The notes: generated by a model from the letters alone, not told the origin. A stretch of DNA of 20,759 nucleotides from an uncultured bacterium (GCA_964510165.1 CAZEBC010000014.1:21425-42183), one strand, 5' to 3'; positions 1-9,524 are shown, counted from the first letter of the stretch. A program made the numbers and translations.

Positions 1-1262
1 GCGAGGTTGCCCCCGACCCTGGCTTCGCCGCGAAGTTTTCCGAACTTCTTGTGCAAATTGAGAATTGTGGCGGTCAGCTCGAGCTCGTCGCCGGGATAGA
101 CCGGCTTCCTAAACTTCGTCTTGTCCAAGGCCACCATATACGGCAATTTTCCCATGCCGCGCGTCCTTGACAAGACCAATACCGAACCGACCTGCGCCAT
201 CGCCTCGATTATCAGCACGCCCGGCATGATGGGGTTTCCCGGGATGTGTCCCTTGAAGAACTCCTCGTTGCCGGTGAGCCGCTTGATCCCGATGGCGCGC
301 TTGTCGTCAAGCCTTGTGATCTCATCCAGGAACAGGAACGGCGGCCGGTGCGGGATTATCTGGCAAATCCGTTCCGTATCAAGCGTGTCCTGCCCGGCAT
401 CCGGTGACGGTAGAGTCGCCCTTGCGAGTTGCCCCCAAATCTGAGCCTTGAGCTTTTTCACGAATTCCACGTGAGCGGAGTGACCGGCCTTCACTGCCAA
501 TATATGGCCGACCAGCGGCGCTCCCAAGAGCGCCAGATCGCCAATCAGGTCGAGCACCTTATGTCGAACGAACTCATCCTCAAAACGGAGCGCCTCGTTC
601 AAGATTCCCTCATCGCCGATGACAATGGCATTTTCCAGACTGCCGCCCTTTATGAGTCCCTGCGACTTCAGAAGTTCAACATCCTGCAAGAAGCAGAATG
701 TGCGCGCCGGAGCTATCTCGCGCGTAAACTTTTCAGGCTCGATCACGAAAGAGTGGAACTGGGTTCCAAGCGCTGGGTGTCCGTACTCGATCATGTATGA
801 AATCTTAAACCGGTCCGAGGGAATCGCCAGAACCGTAATGCCTCCCTGCTCAAACGCCACCGGCTCGGTCACCACGGCCTCCCTTCTCGGAGCGTCCTGC
901 TCGAGAAGGCCGGAGTCCGCCAAGACATCGACGAAAGGCAGCGCGCTGCCGTCGCCGACGGGCGCCTCGCTCGTATCCAGCTCCGCATACACGTTATCTA
1001 TTCCGAGACCCGCGAGCGCGCCGAGGATGTGCTCCACGGTGAGGACCTTCACCCCGTTGATCCCTATCGTCGTGCCGCGCGCGACATCGGTGACGTGGTC
1101 GGCGTCAGCCTTGATCCGGGGCTGTTCCGGCAGATCGGTTCGTATGAAAACCACTCCCGTATCGGGTGGAGCGGGCTTAAAGGTGATCGTGGTCTTCTTT
1201 CCGGTATGAAGCCCCACACCGGAGAACGATTTCTCTTTCTTAATCGTTTTCTGCTTTCGCAT
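1..1262 (-). CDS. lpxC: Bifunctional UDP-3-O-acyl-GlcNAc deacetylase / 3-hydroxyacyl-ACP dehydratase (LpxC-FabZ fusion), 3' end truncated by the window
   Basis: Not in the ORF track because there is no stop in the window. Manual translation from ATG at 1262 gives MRKQKTIKKEKSFSGVGLHTG...TVEHILGAL...ARTFCF...HKVLDLIGDL...KAGHSAH (LpxC Zn and catalytic motifs). After a short linker it continues in frame into IPHRPPFLFLD...GHIPGNPIMPGVLIIEAMAQ...KFRKPVYPGD (FabZ). Confidence 0.95.
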   Translation of the reverse strand, partial: MRKQKTIKKEKSFSGVGLHTGKKTTITFKPAPPDTGVVFIRTDLPEQPRIKADADHVTDVARGTTIGINGVKVLTVEHILGALAGLGIDNVYAELDTSEAPVGDGSALPFVDVLADSGLLEQDAPRREAVVTEPVAFEQGGITVLAIPSDRFKISYMIEYGHPALGTQFHSFVIEPEKFTREIAPARTFCFLQDVELLKSQGLIKGGSLENAIVIGDEGILNEALRFEDEFVRHKVLDLIGDLALLGAPLVGHILAVKAGHSAHVEFVKKLKAQIWGQLARATLPSPDAGQDTLDTERICQIIPHRPPFLFLDEITRLDDKRAIGIKRLTGNEEFFKGHIPGNPIMPGVLIIEAMAQVGSVLVLSRTRGMGKLPYMVALDKTKFRKPVYPGDELELTATILNLHKKFGKLRGEARVGGNL

Positions 1263-2271
1263 CTCCGGGTCCCTTTTCTTCGCGCACACGTTTTTCGAGA
1301 TCACGGAACTCGCGCACCAGTGAAGGCAGTCGGTTCAGACTTGCACACATTCGCAACCACTTCTCATGGTCCACGACGGGAAAGCCCGAGACCACCTGCC
1401 CCGGCTCGATGTCGCGATCGACTCCCGCCCGCGCCGCGACGATCGCGCCCTCGCCCACGGTCACTCCGTCAAGCACGCTGGCCTGGCCGGCGATGGTGAC
1501 GCCATCGCCAATTCTGCAACGCGCTCCCACGCTTGCATGAGAAACAATGATGCAGTTTCTGCCGATGATCGCGTCGCTCCCGATGTGCACAAGATTGTCG
1601 ATCTTCGTGCCTTTGCCGATCGTGGTCGCGCCGTCACGGGCGGCATCGATCGTCACGTTGGCGCCGACCTCGACGTCGTCCTCGATTATCACTGGCCTGC
1701 TTGAGCCGCCGTTGAAACGCATTTCCTCGGCCTGCGACCCGACCACGGCCCCTATGTGGATGATCACGTCGTTTCCAATGCAGGCATCGCTGCAAATAAC
1801 GACTCTGGGATAGATGATGCAGTTCTTGCCTATCTCGGCGCCGCTGCCGACGCATACTCCCGCATACAGCATCGAGCCCGCCCCGATCTTGCAGCGGTCT
1901 TCCACCACCGAGCCCGCATGAATTGCCACATTCTCGCCCAGGAAAACATCGTGTCCCAGTATCGAGGTCGGATGAATTCCCTTGGGCGTCGGCAGCTCGA
2001 CCGCGAACAGCTTCAGGACCCGAGTGAACGCCAGGTACGGATGGTCGGTCCGAATCAGGCTGGGGCCGCCTCCCGGCGCATCGTGATCCACTATCACGGC
2101 TGAGGCTTTGCTTGCAGGCAGCAGAGGCAGATACTTCGGGTTGGCCAGAAAGGTTATATCGCCCGGTCCGGCATCCTTGATGCCCGCGACTCCGGTAATC
2201 AGGGCGTCCGGGTCGCCTTCCAGCGTTCCGCCGACGAGCCGCGCGATTTCGCCGAGCGTGATCTGCATCAT
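1240..2271 (-). CDS. lpxD: LpxD-family UDP-3-O-acylglucosamine N-acyltransferase homologue with a degenerate active site
   Basis: N-terminal uridine-binding domain (GDITFLANPKY, DHPYLAF), hexapeptide left-handed beta-helix repeats (IEDDVEVGANVTID, IGKGTKIDNLV) and C-terminal helix. Lies in the canonical skp-lpxD-lpxC/fabZ position. The catalytic QIAHN motif is replaced by HIGSD. Confidence 0.9.
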   Translation of the reverse strand: MMQITLGEIARLVGGTLEGDPDALITGVAGIKDAGPGDITFLANPKYLPLLPASKASAVIVDHDAPGGGPSLIRTDHPYLAFTRVLKLFAVELPTPKGIHPTSILGHDVFLGENVAIHAGSVVEDRCKIGAGSMLYAGVCVGSGAEIGKNCIIYPRVVICSDACIGNDVIIHIGAVVGSQAEEMRFNGGSSRPVIIEDDVEVGANVTIDAARDGATTIGKGTKIDNLVHIGSDAIIGRNCIIVSHASVGARCRIGDGVTIAGQASVLDGVTVGEGAIVAARAGVDRDIEPGQVVSGFPVVDHEKWLRMCASLNRLPSLVREFRDLEKRVREEKGPGDAKAEND

Positions 2272-2302
2272 TCAGTCACTCGGGCGAGGTTCGCCGTAGC
2301 GA

Positions 2303-2848
2303 CTACTCGCCTTGCTTCTCCGTGATTTCCTTTATAACAGTGTCAGTCAGGTCAAAGTTGGGAGAGCCATACAGCAGAATCCGTCGTTCGAATATCATGC
2401 TGTAACCGTCCCGTTCGCCCACTCTTCTGACTGTTTTCGCGATATCGGGAAGCAGCCTTCTGAGCAGCTTGTTCTCCTCGACGTCGCGATAACGCTGCGC
2501 GCCTTCCGAGTAGACCTTCAAATCGTCAACCTTATCGCGGATAACTTTTTCCTGCTCTCTGCCGCGTTCCTCGGACCAGATGACGCGGTTCGCCTTCAGT
2601 TCTTCCTCGAGCTGGTCGATCTCGGCGCGACGCCGCTCGATTTCGGCCTGTCTCTTCTCCAGCTCTTTGCTCAATTGTTCGTATTCCGGCGTTTGTTTGG
2701 CGACCGCCTGCACAACCCTGTCGAGGTCAAGGTATCCGAGCTTGACCTGTTCGGCAGCATTGGAGATGCGAGGAGTCAACGCCAGCAGGAACAAGATTCC
2801 CAATGAGACCACTGCAACATGGATTCCACGAGTCTGTGTGGTGAGCAT
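2303..2848 (-). CDS. skp: OmpH/Skp family periplasmic chaperone
   Basis: Signal peptide, KLGYLDLDRV N-terminal strand, long charged coiled coil, and C-terminal GYSMIF...LLYGSPNFDLTDTVI. GGAGG RBS upstream. Confidence 0.9.
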   Translation of the reverse strand: MLTTQTRGIHVAVVSLGILFLLALTPRISNAAEQVKLGYLDLDRVVQAVAKQTPEYEQLSKELEKRQAEIERRRAEIDQLEEELKANRVIWSEERGREQEKVIRDKVDDLKVYSEGAQRYRDVEENKLLRRLLPDIAKTVRRVGERDGYSMIFERRILLYGSPNFDLTDTVIKEITEKQGE

Positions 2849-2898
2849 TACACCCTCCGTTTCCCGGAACTGAGTTCACTGTCAGTTATGCGAAAAAG

Positions 2899-3498
2899 CT
2901 ACCTTGCGTTCAGGCTTTGGATAATCGAATCGGAAACATCCATGACAGCGTCCGAAGAAGTGTTCACGTACAGTATTTCGGGCATGCCGCTGTCAAATAT
3001 GACCGTTAACCCGTAGCCGCGGCCCGGCTCCAATGCCGCTTCACGGACATCGATAAGAAGACCTTCCACAGCCTCGGTTTCGCGTTCGCGCTTGCGCGCG
3101 GCCTCTTTCTCGGCTATGGCCTTGAGCTCTTTCCTCTTGCGCTCTATCTCATCCATCGGCTGCCGTTTTCGCAGGAACCAGAACCTCTGGCTTTCCAGTT
3201 CCTGTTCGAGCCTGGCAACTTCCGCCTGTTTCTGCCGGTACCCGTCGCCGGTCTTGTACCGCTCCAGTTCTTCTTTCACGCGCCCGGTTCGCCAGTACCC
3301 GTTCAGGATTCGGTCAACGTCTGCGACACCGACTTTAGTTTCGGCTCTTGGTTGTTCCTCGCGCGCCGCAGAACCCTGACAGAGCAAGAGCCACAGCAGG
3401 GACCCTGCGCATATGCGAACGGCTGCCCGATGTAAATTGAAATGATGCACGAGTCGAACGGATTTATGCGCTCTGCTTATAACACAACGCTTGGTCAA
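2899..3498 (-). CDS. Second OmpH/Skp-like protein (start codon uncertain)
   Basis: Hydrophobic signal segment, KVGVADVDRIL, coiled coil, and C-terminal YGLTVIFDS...ILYVN...DVSDSIIQSL. Immediately downstream of bamA. Confidence 0.8.
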   Translation of the reverse strand: MTKRCVISRAHKSVRLVHHFNLHRAAVRICAGSLLWLLLCQGSAAREEQPRAETKVGVADVDRILNGYWRTGRVKEELERYKTGDGYRQKQAEVARLEQELESQRFWFLRKRQPMDEIERKRKELKAIAEKEAARKRERETEAVEGLLIDVREAALEPGRGYGLTVIFDSGMPEILYVNTSSDAVMDVSDSIIQSLNAR

Positions 3499-3534
3499 GA
3501 GGCAGGATCAAGAGGCAATTCACTTTTCAAATGT

Positions 3535-3563
3535 ATTATAGCAGGAGTGTTTCGGCTTTGCAA
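3535..3563 (-). promoter_or_regulatory. Sigma70-type promoter for skp-like/skp/lpxD/lpxC-fabZ
   Basis: Minus strand reads TTGCAA-17 nt-TATAAT, with an extended -10 (TGcTATAAT), in the bamA/skp-like intergenic gap. Confidence 0.7.
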
Positions 3564-3576
3564 GTGCATTCTTCAC

Positions 3577-5862
3577 TCAGAAGCTGATGCCGGTCGTGAA
3601 ATGGACCTGGCCGTTGCCCTGGTCGTCGTCGGGGTTGAGCGGATACCCGAAGTCGATCCTTACGGGGCCAACCGGGGTCTGAAGCCCCATTCCCAGGCCC
3701 ACGGCCGTGTTTACCTTGCTCCGCCCGAATTCATCTACTTCCCTCCATACTTGACCAAAGTCAAAGAATGCGTATGCCTTGATGATCTCGATCAAGGGAT
3801 ATGACAACTCCAGTGTGCCCTCAAGCTTGGTCTTGCCCCCGATGGGGTCTCCGTTTTCGCGGGGGCCCACCTCCCGGTAGTCGTACCCGCGGACCGAATT
3901 CGAACCGCCCGCGAAGAACCGGTCGAAAAGTGGGACGATGTCGGAGTCACCGTACTCTTCGGCCAGGCCGCCCTCGAGGCGGGTCATGAGGACGAACTTC
4001 TCGCCGAGCGGGCGGTACCAGCGCGATTCGCCCACCAACTTGACGAAATCGGTTTCGGCCCCGAGCGGGCCGCCCGCGAATTCCAGCGCGGCGGTGTATC
4101 TGTGTCCGGTTTTCGGGTCGATGTAGCTGTCGCGCGTATCATTGGTGAAGCTCAGCGTCATGCTGCTCTTCGTGCGAGTTCCTTCCTCATCTCTTATGAT
4201 CTGCGGAGCGTCCGGCTCGACGTCGGATATGTCATACTCGGAGATCGTATAGCCGAGTCCGAGTGAACTGTATTCAGTGATCTTCTTGCCGATCCGCACG
4301 CCCGTCCCGATGCTCTGCTGCTCGTACTCGTCGTATTCGCGGTCCACAAAAAAGAGGTCGTACCCTGCGGCGAAGGGATAGCCGAGGAAGTATGGGTCCG
4401 TAATGCCCAGCCGGTATTCGCTCAGCAGAGTTCCGGGCATCAGGACCACGTTGAACTTTTGGCCCGCCCCTGTGAACGTGGGCGGATTGAGAAGGTCGAA
4501 GTTGTTCTGTGACACCTGAATCTGTCCGATGAGCGCGTCGTTAGAGCTGTAGCCCACACCGAAGTTGAAGGTCCCCGTTTTCTGCTCCTCGACCTCGAAT
4601 ATGAGGTCGCGATTCTTGGGATCGGCGGTCGGCCCGGTGTCGATATAGACGTCCTTGAAGAACTGAGTATTCAGCAGTTTCTGGCGACTGCGCCGGATCT
4701 TGCTTCCATCGAATCGTTCTCCCGGCGAGATTGTGAGCTCGCGCCGGATCACCTCATCCTTCGTTTTGACGTTGCCCTTGACATCCACCTTGGCCACGTA
4801 TACCAGCTCATTCTCGGTCACGCTATGAGTTATCTTGATCTCCCTGCTCTCCCTGTCTATGGAAGAACGCGGCCGCACCTTTGCCAGGATGTAACCCTGG
4901 TCGGAATAGAAGTTCTGCATCTCCAGGGCGTCTTGTTCGACCTGATCGCGGTTGTAGTAGCTGCCCGGCTCGCTCTTGATCAAGGAGAGGAGGCGCTCAT
5001 TGTCGAACACCTCGTTGCCCTCGACCTCGATTGACTCGGTGAAATACTGCGCGCCTTCCTCGACTGTCAGGACAAGCCTCACGCGTTCGCCCTCGTGATA
5101 GAACTCGGTGTCAGCGTCGGCGACGCGGGCGTCAATGTAACCGTGGTTGGCGTAAAGTCTCTTGATCCTCTCCAGGTCTTCTTCGAACACGCTTCTGTCG
5201 AACAGAGTGCCAAACCACAGGAACCGCGCCTTCAATTTCATGACTTTCCTGATCGCACTATCAGAGAGAGCCTGATTGCCCTCGATCACAATCTTGCGCA
5301 CTCTGGCCTTTGGCCCCTCGAAGATTTCGTACACGACTTCGACCTCGGTCGGGCTGGTCTCCCGGAAACTGGAGATGACGGTGGTCCCGGAGTATCCCTT
5401 TGTCTTGTAGAGCTGGCGGATCGCCTCGATATCCTTCTCGAGCGCGCCGGGAGTATACGTATCGCCCCGTCTGAGCGACACCACTTGACGGATGTCCTGC
5501 TCCTTGACCTTGTCGTTGCCAAGGATGAGCACTTCCCGAATCATCTTGCGTTCCGTGACGATGTAGGTGACCGCCACGCCGCCTGCCACGGGTGATACGT
5601 CAACCTTGATGTCGGAGAAATAGCCCAGAGAGAAGAGCCGCGTGATGTCTCTCTGAACGTCGGTCCTCAGGAAGGGTTGTCCCTCGCGCACGCGAAGCTG
5701 GGCCCGGATGAGTTGGGTGCTGGCAATCTGGTTCCCCTCTATCTTTACCGAGACGACAGGGGAACCCTCCTCAACCTGGGCCATACCCGCGGACGGGAGG
5801 AAAAGTAATACGGCCACGACAACCACGCATGGGAGCAGCAAACGGGGTTTGACTGTTCTCAA
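3577..5862 (-). CDS. bamA: Outer membrane protein assembly factor BamA
   Basis: 761 aa. Signal peptide, POTRA repeats (V/I-x-I-x-GN, GYF, RREL), barrel motifs FFAGGSNSVRGY and TPVGPVRIDFGYP, terminal Phe. Confidence 0.97.
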   Translation of the reverse strand: MRTVKPRLLLPCVVVVAVLLFLPSAGMAQVEEGSPVVSVKIEGNQIASTQLIRAQLRVREGQPFLRTDVQRDITRLFSLGYFSDIKVDVSPVAGGVAVTYIVTERKMIREVLILGNDKVKEQDIRQVVSLRRGDTYTPGALEKDIEAIRQLYKTKGYSGTTVISSFRETSPTEVEVVYEIFEGPKARVRKIVIEGNQALSDSAIRKVMKLKARFLWFGTLFDRSVFEEDLERIKRLYANHGYIDARVADADTEFYHEGERVRLVLTVEEGAQYFTESIEVEGNEVFDNERLLSLIKSEPGSYYNRDQVEQDALEMQNFYSDQGYILAKVRPRSSIDRESREIKITHSVTENELVYVAKVDVKGNVKTKDEVIRRELTISPGERFDGSKIRRSRQKLLNTQFFKDVYIDTGPTADPKNRDLIFEVEEQKTGTFNFGVGYSSNDALIGQIQVSQNNFDLLNPPTFTGAGQKFNVVLMPGTLLSEYRLGITDPYFLGYPFAAGYDLFFVDREYDEYEQQSIGTGVRIGKKITEYSSLGLGYTISEYDISDVEPDAPQIIRDEEGTRTKSSMTLSFTNDTRDSYIDPKTGHRYTAALEFAGGPLGAETDFVKLVGESRWYRPLGEKFVLMTRLEGGLAEEYGDSDIVPLFDRFFAGGSNSVRGYDYREVGPRENGDPIGGKTKLEGTLELSYPLIEIIKAYAFFDFGQVWREVDEFGRSKVNTAVGLGMGLQTPVGPVRIDFGYPLNPDDDQGNGQVHFTTGISF

Positions 5863-5947
5863 CGTGCGAAGCCTTTCGAACGGACATGGGCTCCGGCGTC
5901 CTGGGAGTTGCGATTCTGAGAAGCGGAGCCCTTCTTCGCTAACGGGT

Positions 5948-8431
5948 CTAGTTCTTCAACTGATGTTCGGGTTCTTCGACCGGCTTCGGGACGCTCTTGA
6001 CCACAAATCGGAGTTTCGCGCCCTTCGCATCCGGCTCAACGTACACGCGAGAGCCGTCGGGAATATTGCCACGCAGGATTTCCTCGGAAAGGGGGTCCTC
6101 CACGTGGAGCTGCACAGCTCGACGAAGTGGACGCGCGCCATAGGCGGGGTCATAACCCACTCTGACGAGGAATTTTTTGGCCTCTTCGGAGAACTCCAGA
6201 GTCAAGTCCCTGTCTTTCAAGTTTCTGCAGCTTTCCTTGAGCAGGAGTTCGACGATCTTCTTCAGGTCGGCGTCGGTCAGCGAATGGAAGACGATTATCT
6301 CATCGATCCGGTTCAGGAATTCCGGATTGAAGATTCGCTTGGTCTCCGCCAGAACCTTGTCTTTCATGGCCTGGTAACCGACCTCGCCCGTGGCCCGCTG
6401 GAACCCGAGGGTCTTGCCGGTGCTGATTTCCCGCGTTCCCACGTTAGAGGTCATTATAACAACTGTGTTCCGAAAGTCAACTGTCCGGCCGGTTGAGTCG
6501 GTAAGCCGGCCGTCTTCGAGCACCTGCAAGAGCGTGTCGAACACGTCGGGGTGCGCCTTTTCTATCTCGTCCAGCAGCACCACCGAGTAGGGGCGTCTCC
6601 TGACCTTTTCGCTCAGTTGACCGCCTTCGTTGTAACCCACGTATCCGGGAGGTGCGCCCACGAGGCGTGACACGGTGAACTTTTCCGAGTACTCGGACAT
6701 GTCGATCCGGACGAGCGCATTTTCATCGCCGAACAGGAACTCGGCCAGCGCCTTGGCCATCTCGGTCTTGCCTACTCCGGTCGGTCCCAGAAACAGGAAC
6801 GAACCGACGGGCCGTTTGGGATTCTTGAGGCCGGCGCGCGAGCGCTGAATCGCCCGGGTGAGCGCCTCGATGCCCTGGTCCTGGCCGACAATACGCTTGT
6901 GCAGTTCCTCGTGCATCTTGAGCAGTTTGTCCGACTCGCTTTGCTCCATCCGCGTGACCGGGACGCCCGTCCACTTGGAGACGATGTAGGCGATGTCCTC
7001 GGCGCTGACGGTGTAGCTGAAGTTTTCGCGCGTCTTCTCCCAATTGCGCTGCTCGCGTTCCAGCTTTTCCTTCAACTGGCGCTCTTTGTCGCGAAGCGCG
7101 GCGGCTTTCTCGAATTCCTGCGACTCGATGGCCTCTTCTTTCTCTTTTGTAACCTTCTCTATCTCGTCTTCGATGTCCTTGAGACCGAGCGGGCGGGTCG
7201 TGCTCTTGAGCCTTGCCCGCGAGCACGCCTCGTCGATGACGTCGATCGCCTTATCAGGCAAATACCGGTCGGTTATGTACTGGTTGGACAGCCTGGCTGC
7301 CGCTACGATAGCCTCGTCGGATATCCTCACGCGGTGATGCGCCTCGTATTTGTCTCTGAGGCCGTGGATGATCTCGATGGTATCGTCCACCGACGGCGCT
7401 TCCACCATGATCGACTGGAACCGCCGCGCCAATGCGGCGTCTTTCTCAATATATTTCCGGTACTCCTCGAGCGTGGTGGCGCCTATGCACTGCAGTTCGC
7501 CGCGCGCAAGCGCGGGCTTGAGCATATTGGAGGCATCGACCGCACCCTCGGCGGCGCCTGCGCCGACGATGGTGTGCAACTCATCTATGAACATTATTAT
7601 GTTGTCGGCCTTGCGGATTTCCTTCATGACCGCCTTCAGCCGTTCCTCAAACTGTCCGCGATATTTCGTGCCCGCCACCAAGCCTGCAAGGTCCAGCGTG
7701 AGCACCCGTCGGTTTGCGAGCAGGTCTGGAATGTTCTTCTTGTGAACTATGGCTTGGGCCAGTCCTTCGACGATTGCGGTCTTGCCAACACCCGCCTCCC
7801 CGATGAGCACGGGGTTGTTCTTGGTGCGCCGGCTCAGAATCTGGATGACGCGTTCGATCTCGGCCTCGCGCCCGATGACAGGGTCAAGTTTGTCTTCGCG
7901 GGCAAGCTCAGTGAGGTCGCGTCCGAAGGCGTCAAGCGCGGGCGTCTGCGTCTTCTTGGCCTCGGCCGAGGCCGACGAGGAGAACTTGCTTGTGGGACCA
8001 CCCAGAAGCTTAACTATTTCGCGCTGAACGCGCTCCACGTCAACCTTCATGTTTTCGAGGACGTGGGCTGCAATGCCCTCCCCTTCTTTTATGAGTCCAA
8101 GCAGCAGATGTTCGGTGCCTATATAGTTGTGGCCGAACTTGCGAGCTTCCTCGACCGCGAGTTCGAGCACCTTTTTGGCCTGAGGATTGAACGGGATTTC
8201 GCCGACCGAGACGGTAGACGGCCCCTGCTCGACCAGCTTTTCGACCTCGAGCCTCAGCGTTTTCAAGTCGGCCCCCAGATTGGCCAGGGCCGTCGCCGCG
8301 ATGCCTTCCCCCTCCTTGACAAGTCCAAGAAGCAGATGCTCGGTCCCTATGTAATCATGATTGAATCGCATGGCTTCTTCGCGCGCGAGTTGAATCACTT
8401 TTCGCACGCGCTCCGTGAATCGATCAAACAT
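5948..8431 (-). CDS. clpC: ATP-dependent Clp protease ATP-binding subunit ClpC
   Basis: [12 protein letters not shown] start, two Clp-N repeats ([11 protein letters not shown] twice), Walker A motifs GEAGVGKT and GPTGVGKT, short UVR M-domain ([10 protein letters not shown]), ClpP-docking LGF loop. Directly downstream of mcsB. Confidence 0.97.
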   Translation of the reverse strand: MFDRFTERVRKVIQLAREEAMRFNHDYIGTEHLLLGLVKEGEGIAATALANLGADLKTLRLEVEKLVEQGPSTVSVGEIPFNPQAKKVLELAVEEARKFGHNYIGTEHLLLGLIKEGEGIAAHVLENMKVDVERVQREIVKLLGGPTSKFSSSASAEAKKTQTPALDAFGRDLTELAREDKLDPVIGREAEIERVIQILSRRTKNNPVLIGEAGVGKTAIVEGLAQAIVHKKNIPDLLANRRVLTLDLAGLVAGTKYRGQFEERLKAVMKEIRKADNIIMFIDELHTIVGAGAAEGAVDASNMLKPALARGELQCIGATTLEEYRKYIEKDAALARRFQSIMVEAPSVDDTIEIIHGLRDKYEAHHRVRISDEAIVAAARLSNQYITDRYLPDKAIDVIDEACSRARLKSTTRPLGLKDIEDEIEKVTKEKEEAIESQEFEKAAALRDKERQLKEKLEREQRNWEKTRENFSYTVSAEDIAYIVSKWTGVPVTRMEQSESDKLLKMHEELHKRIVGQDQGIEALTRAIQRSRAGLKNPKRPVGSFLFLGPTGVGKTEMAKALAEFLFGDENALVRIDMSEYSEKFTVSRLVGAPPGYVGYNEGGQLSEKVRRRPYSVVLLDEIEKAHPDVFDTLLQVLEDGRLTDSTGRTVDFRNTVVIMTSNVGTREISTGKTLGFQRATGEVGYQAMKDKVLAETKRIFNPEFLNRIDEIIVFHSLTDADLKKIVELLLKESCRNLKDRDLTLEFSEEAKKFLVRVGYDPAYGARPLRRAVQLHVEDPLSEEILRGNIPDGSRVYVEPDAKGAKLRFVVKSVPKPVEEPEHQLKN

Positions 8432-8437
8432 GCGATA

Positions 8438-9493
8438 TCACCCCTCTCCGTATTTCAATGTTTCTTTGACTAATTTTGCGCGCTCCATGTCCCGGGCGAG
8501 CGGCTCCATGTGGTTGGGGAACCGCTTCTGCAAATGCGCAGGCTGCATTTCTATGAGCAGCGAGTCTACGATTTCCGGATTAATGCCCGGAACCATTCCG
8601 CAATAAATACCCAGCCTGATGTGGGAGAGCATTTCCATCGCCTCCCGGGTGCTCAGGAACTTGGCGCCCGAGAGTATTCCGATCGCTCTGCCCACCTTAT
8701 CCTCGATGAGCAGCTTGTTGTTCTTCAGCAAGTCGTCGCGCGCCCGCCTTTCCTGCTCGACCAGTTCGGTCGCCAGCTTCTCGGTCATCTCCACTATCTC
8801 TTCCTCCGACCTGCCGAGCGTGAACTGGTTGGATATCTGGAAATAATCGCCAAGCATTTCAGAGCCTTCGCCGTGCAGACCCCGTATGGCCAACTGCATC
8901 TTGCTGGCGCCTTGCAGGATATTGACGATGCGCTTGGATATGATGAGCGCCGGCAGATGTATCATGACCGAGGCCCTGAGACCGGTGCCCGGATTGGAGA
9001 TACAGGCGGTCAGATATCCCCACGGCTCCTCGAAGGCGAAATCGAGATGCTTGTCGAGCTCGTCGTCTATGTCGCTGAGTTCGTGCCACGCCTCAGAGAG
9101 CAGAAGACCGGAACGCAAGACTTGCATCCGCAGATGGTCCTCCTCGTTGACCATGAGGCTTATGCGTTCCGAAGCGTCAACGACAACGCCTTTCTCACCG
9201 CTGCTCTGGGCGAGTTCCCGGCTGATGAGAAACCGTTCCATGAGGAACTGGCGGTCGAGCAGGCTCATATCCTTGAAACTGTAAAACTTGGCGCTCTTCA
9301 GGCGCGAACACCGTCCAACACAACTGCGCACCAGGGATACGATTTCTCGAAGCTGCTGGTCGCTGCACCGGTTGGAAAAGGGAAACCCTTTGAAGTTCCT
9401 GGCCAGCCGGATGCGGCTGCTGTATACGATGTCAGAATCCGGCCCTTTTGTCTTGAGCCAATGCCCGACGTTTGACACCATCTGTTCGAACAT
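8438..9493 (-). CDS. mcsB: Protein arginine kinase McsB
   Basis: SSRIRLARN, NEEDHLR, GTGLRASVMIHLP, RGLHGEGS, FQISNQFTLG and C-terminal RDxxRA. Lies between mcsA and clpC. Confidence 0.95.
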   Translation of the reverse strand: MFEQMVSNVGHWLKTKGPDSDIVYSSRIRLARNFKGFPFSNRCSDQQLREIVSLVRSCVGRCSRLKSAKFYSFKDMSLLDRQFLMERFLISRELAQSSGEKGVVVDASERISLMVNEEDHLRMQVLRSGLLLSEAWHELSDIDDELDKHLDFAFEEPWGYLTACISNPGTGLRASVMIHLPALIISKRIVNILQGASKMQLAIRGLHGEGSEMLGDYFQISNQFTLGRSEEEIVEMTEKLATELVEQERRARDDLLKNNKLLIEDKVGRAIGILSGAKFLSTREAMEMLSHIRLGIYCGMVPGINPEIVDSLLIEMQPAHLQKRFPNHMEPLARDMERAKLVKETLKYGEG

Positions 9494-9524
9494 CGCGATG
9501 CGCTTCCCTTCGGCCCGGTTCGGG

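Noticed and set aside
121-1209. Plus-strand ORFs 121-444, 429-800 and 619-1209
   Set aside because: Antisense to the lpxC-fabZ fusion, which the ORF track missed because it lacks a stop codon in the window.
5888-5931. 8-bp inverted repeat GGGCTCCG/CGGAGCCC between clpC and bamA as a terminator
   Set aside because: 28-nt loop and no U-tract on the coding (minus) strand. At most a weak mRNA structure.
6899-8473. 524-aa plus-strand ORF opposite clpC, and similar 250-370 aa antisense ORFs opposite mcsB, lolC/D, lysS, adhE and the methyltransferase
   Set aside because: Shadow ORFs expected from GC-rich codon bias. They overlap well-supported genes on the other strand and show no recognisable motifs.
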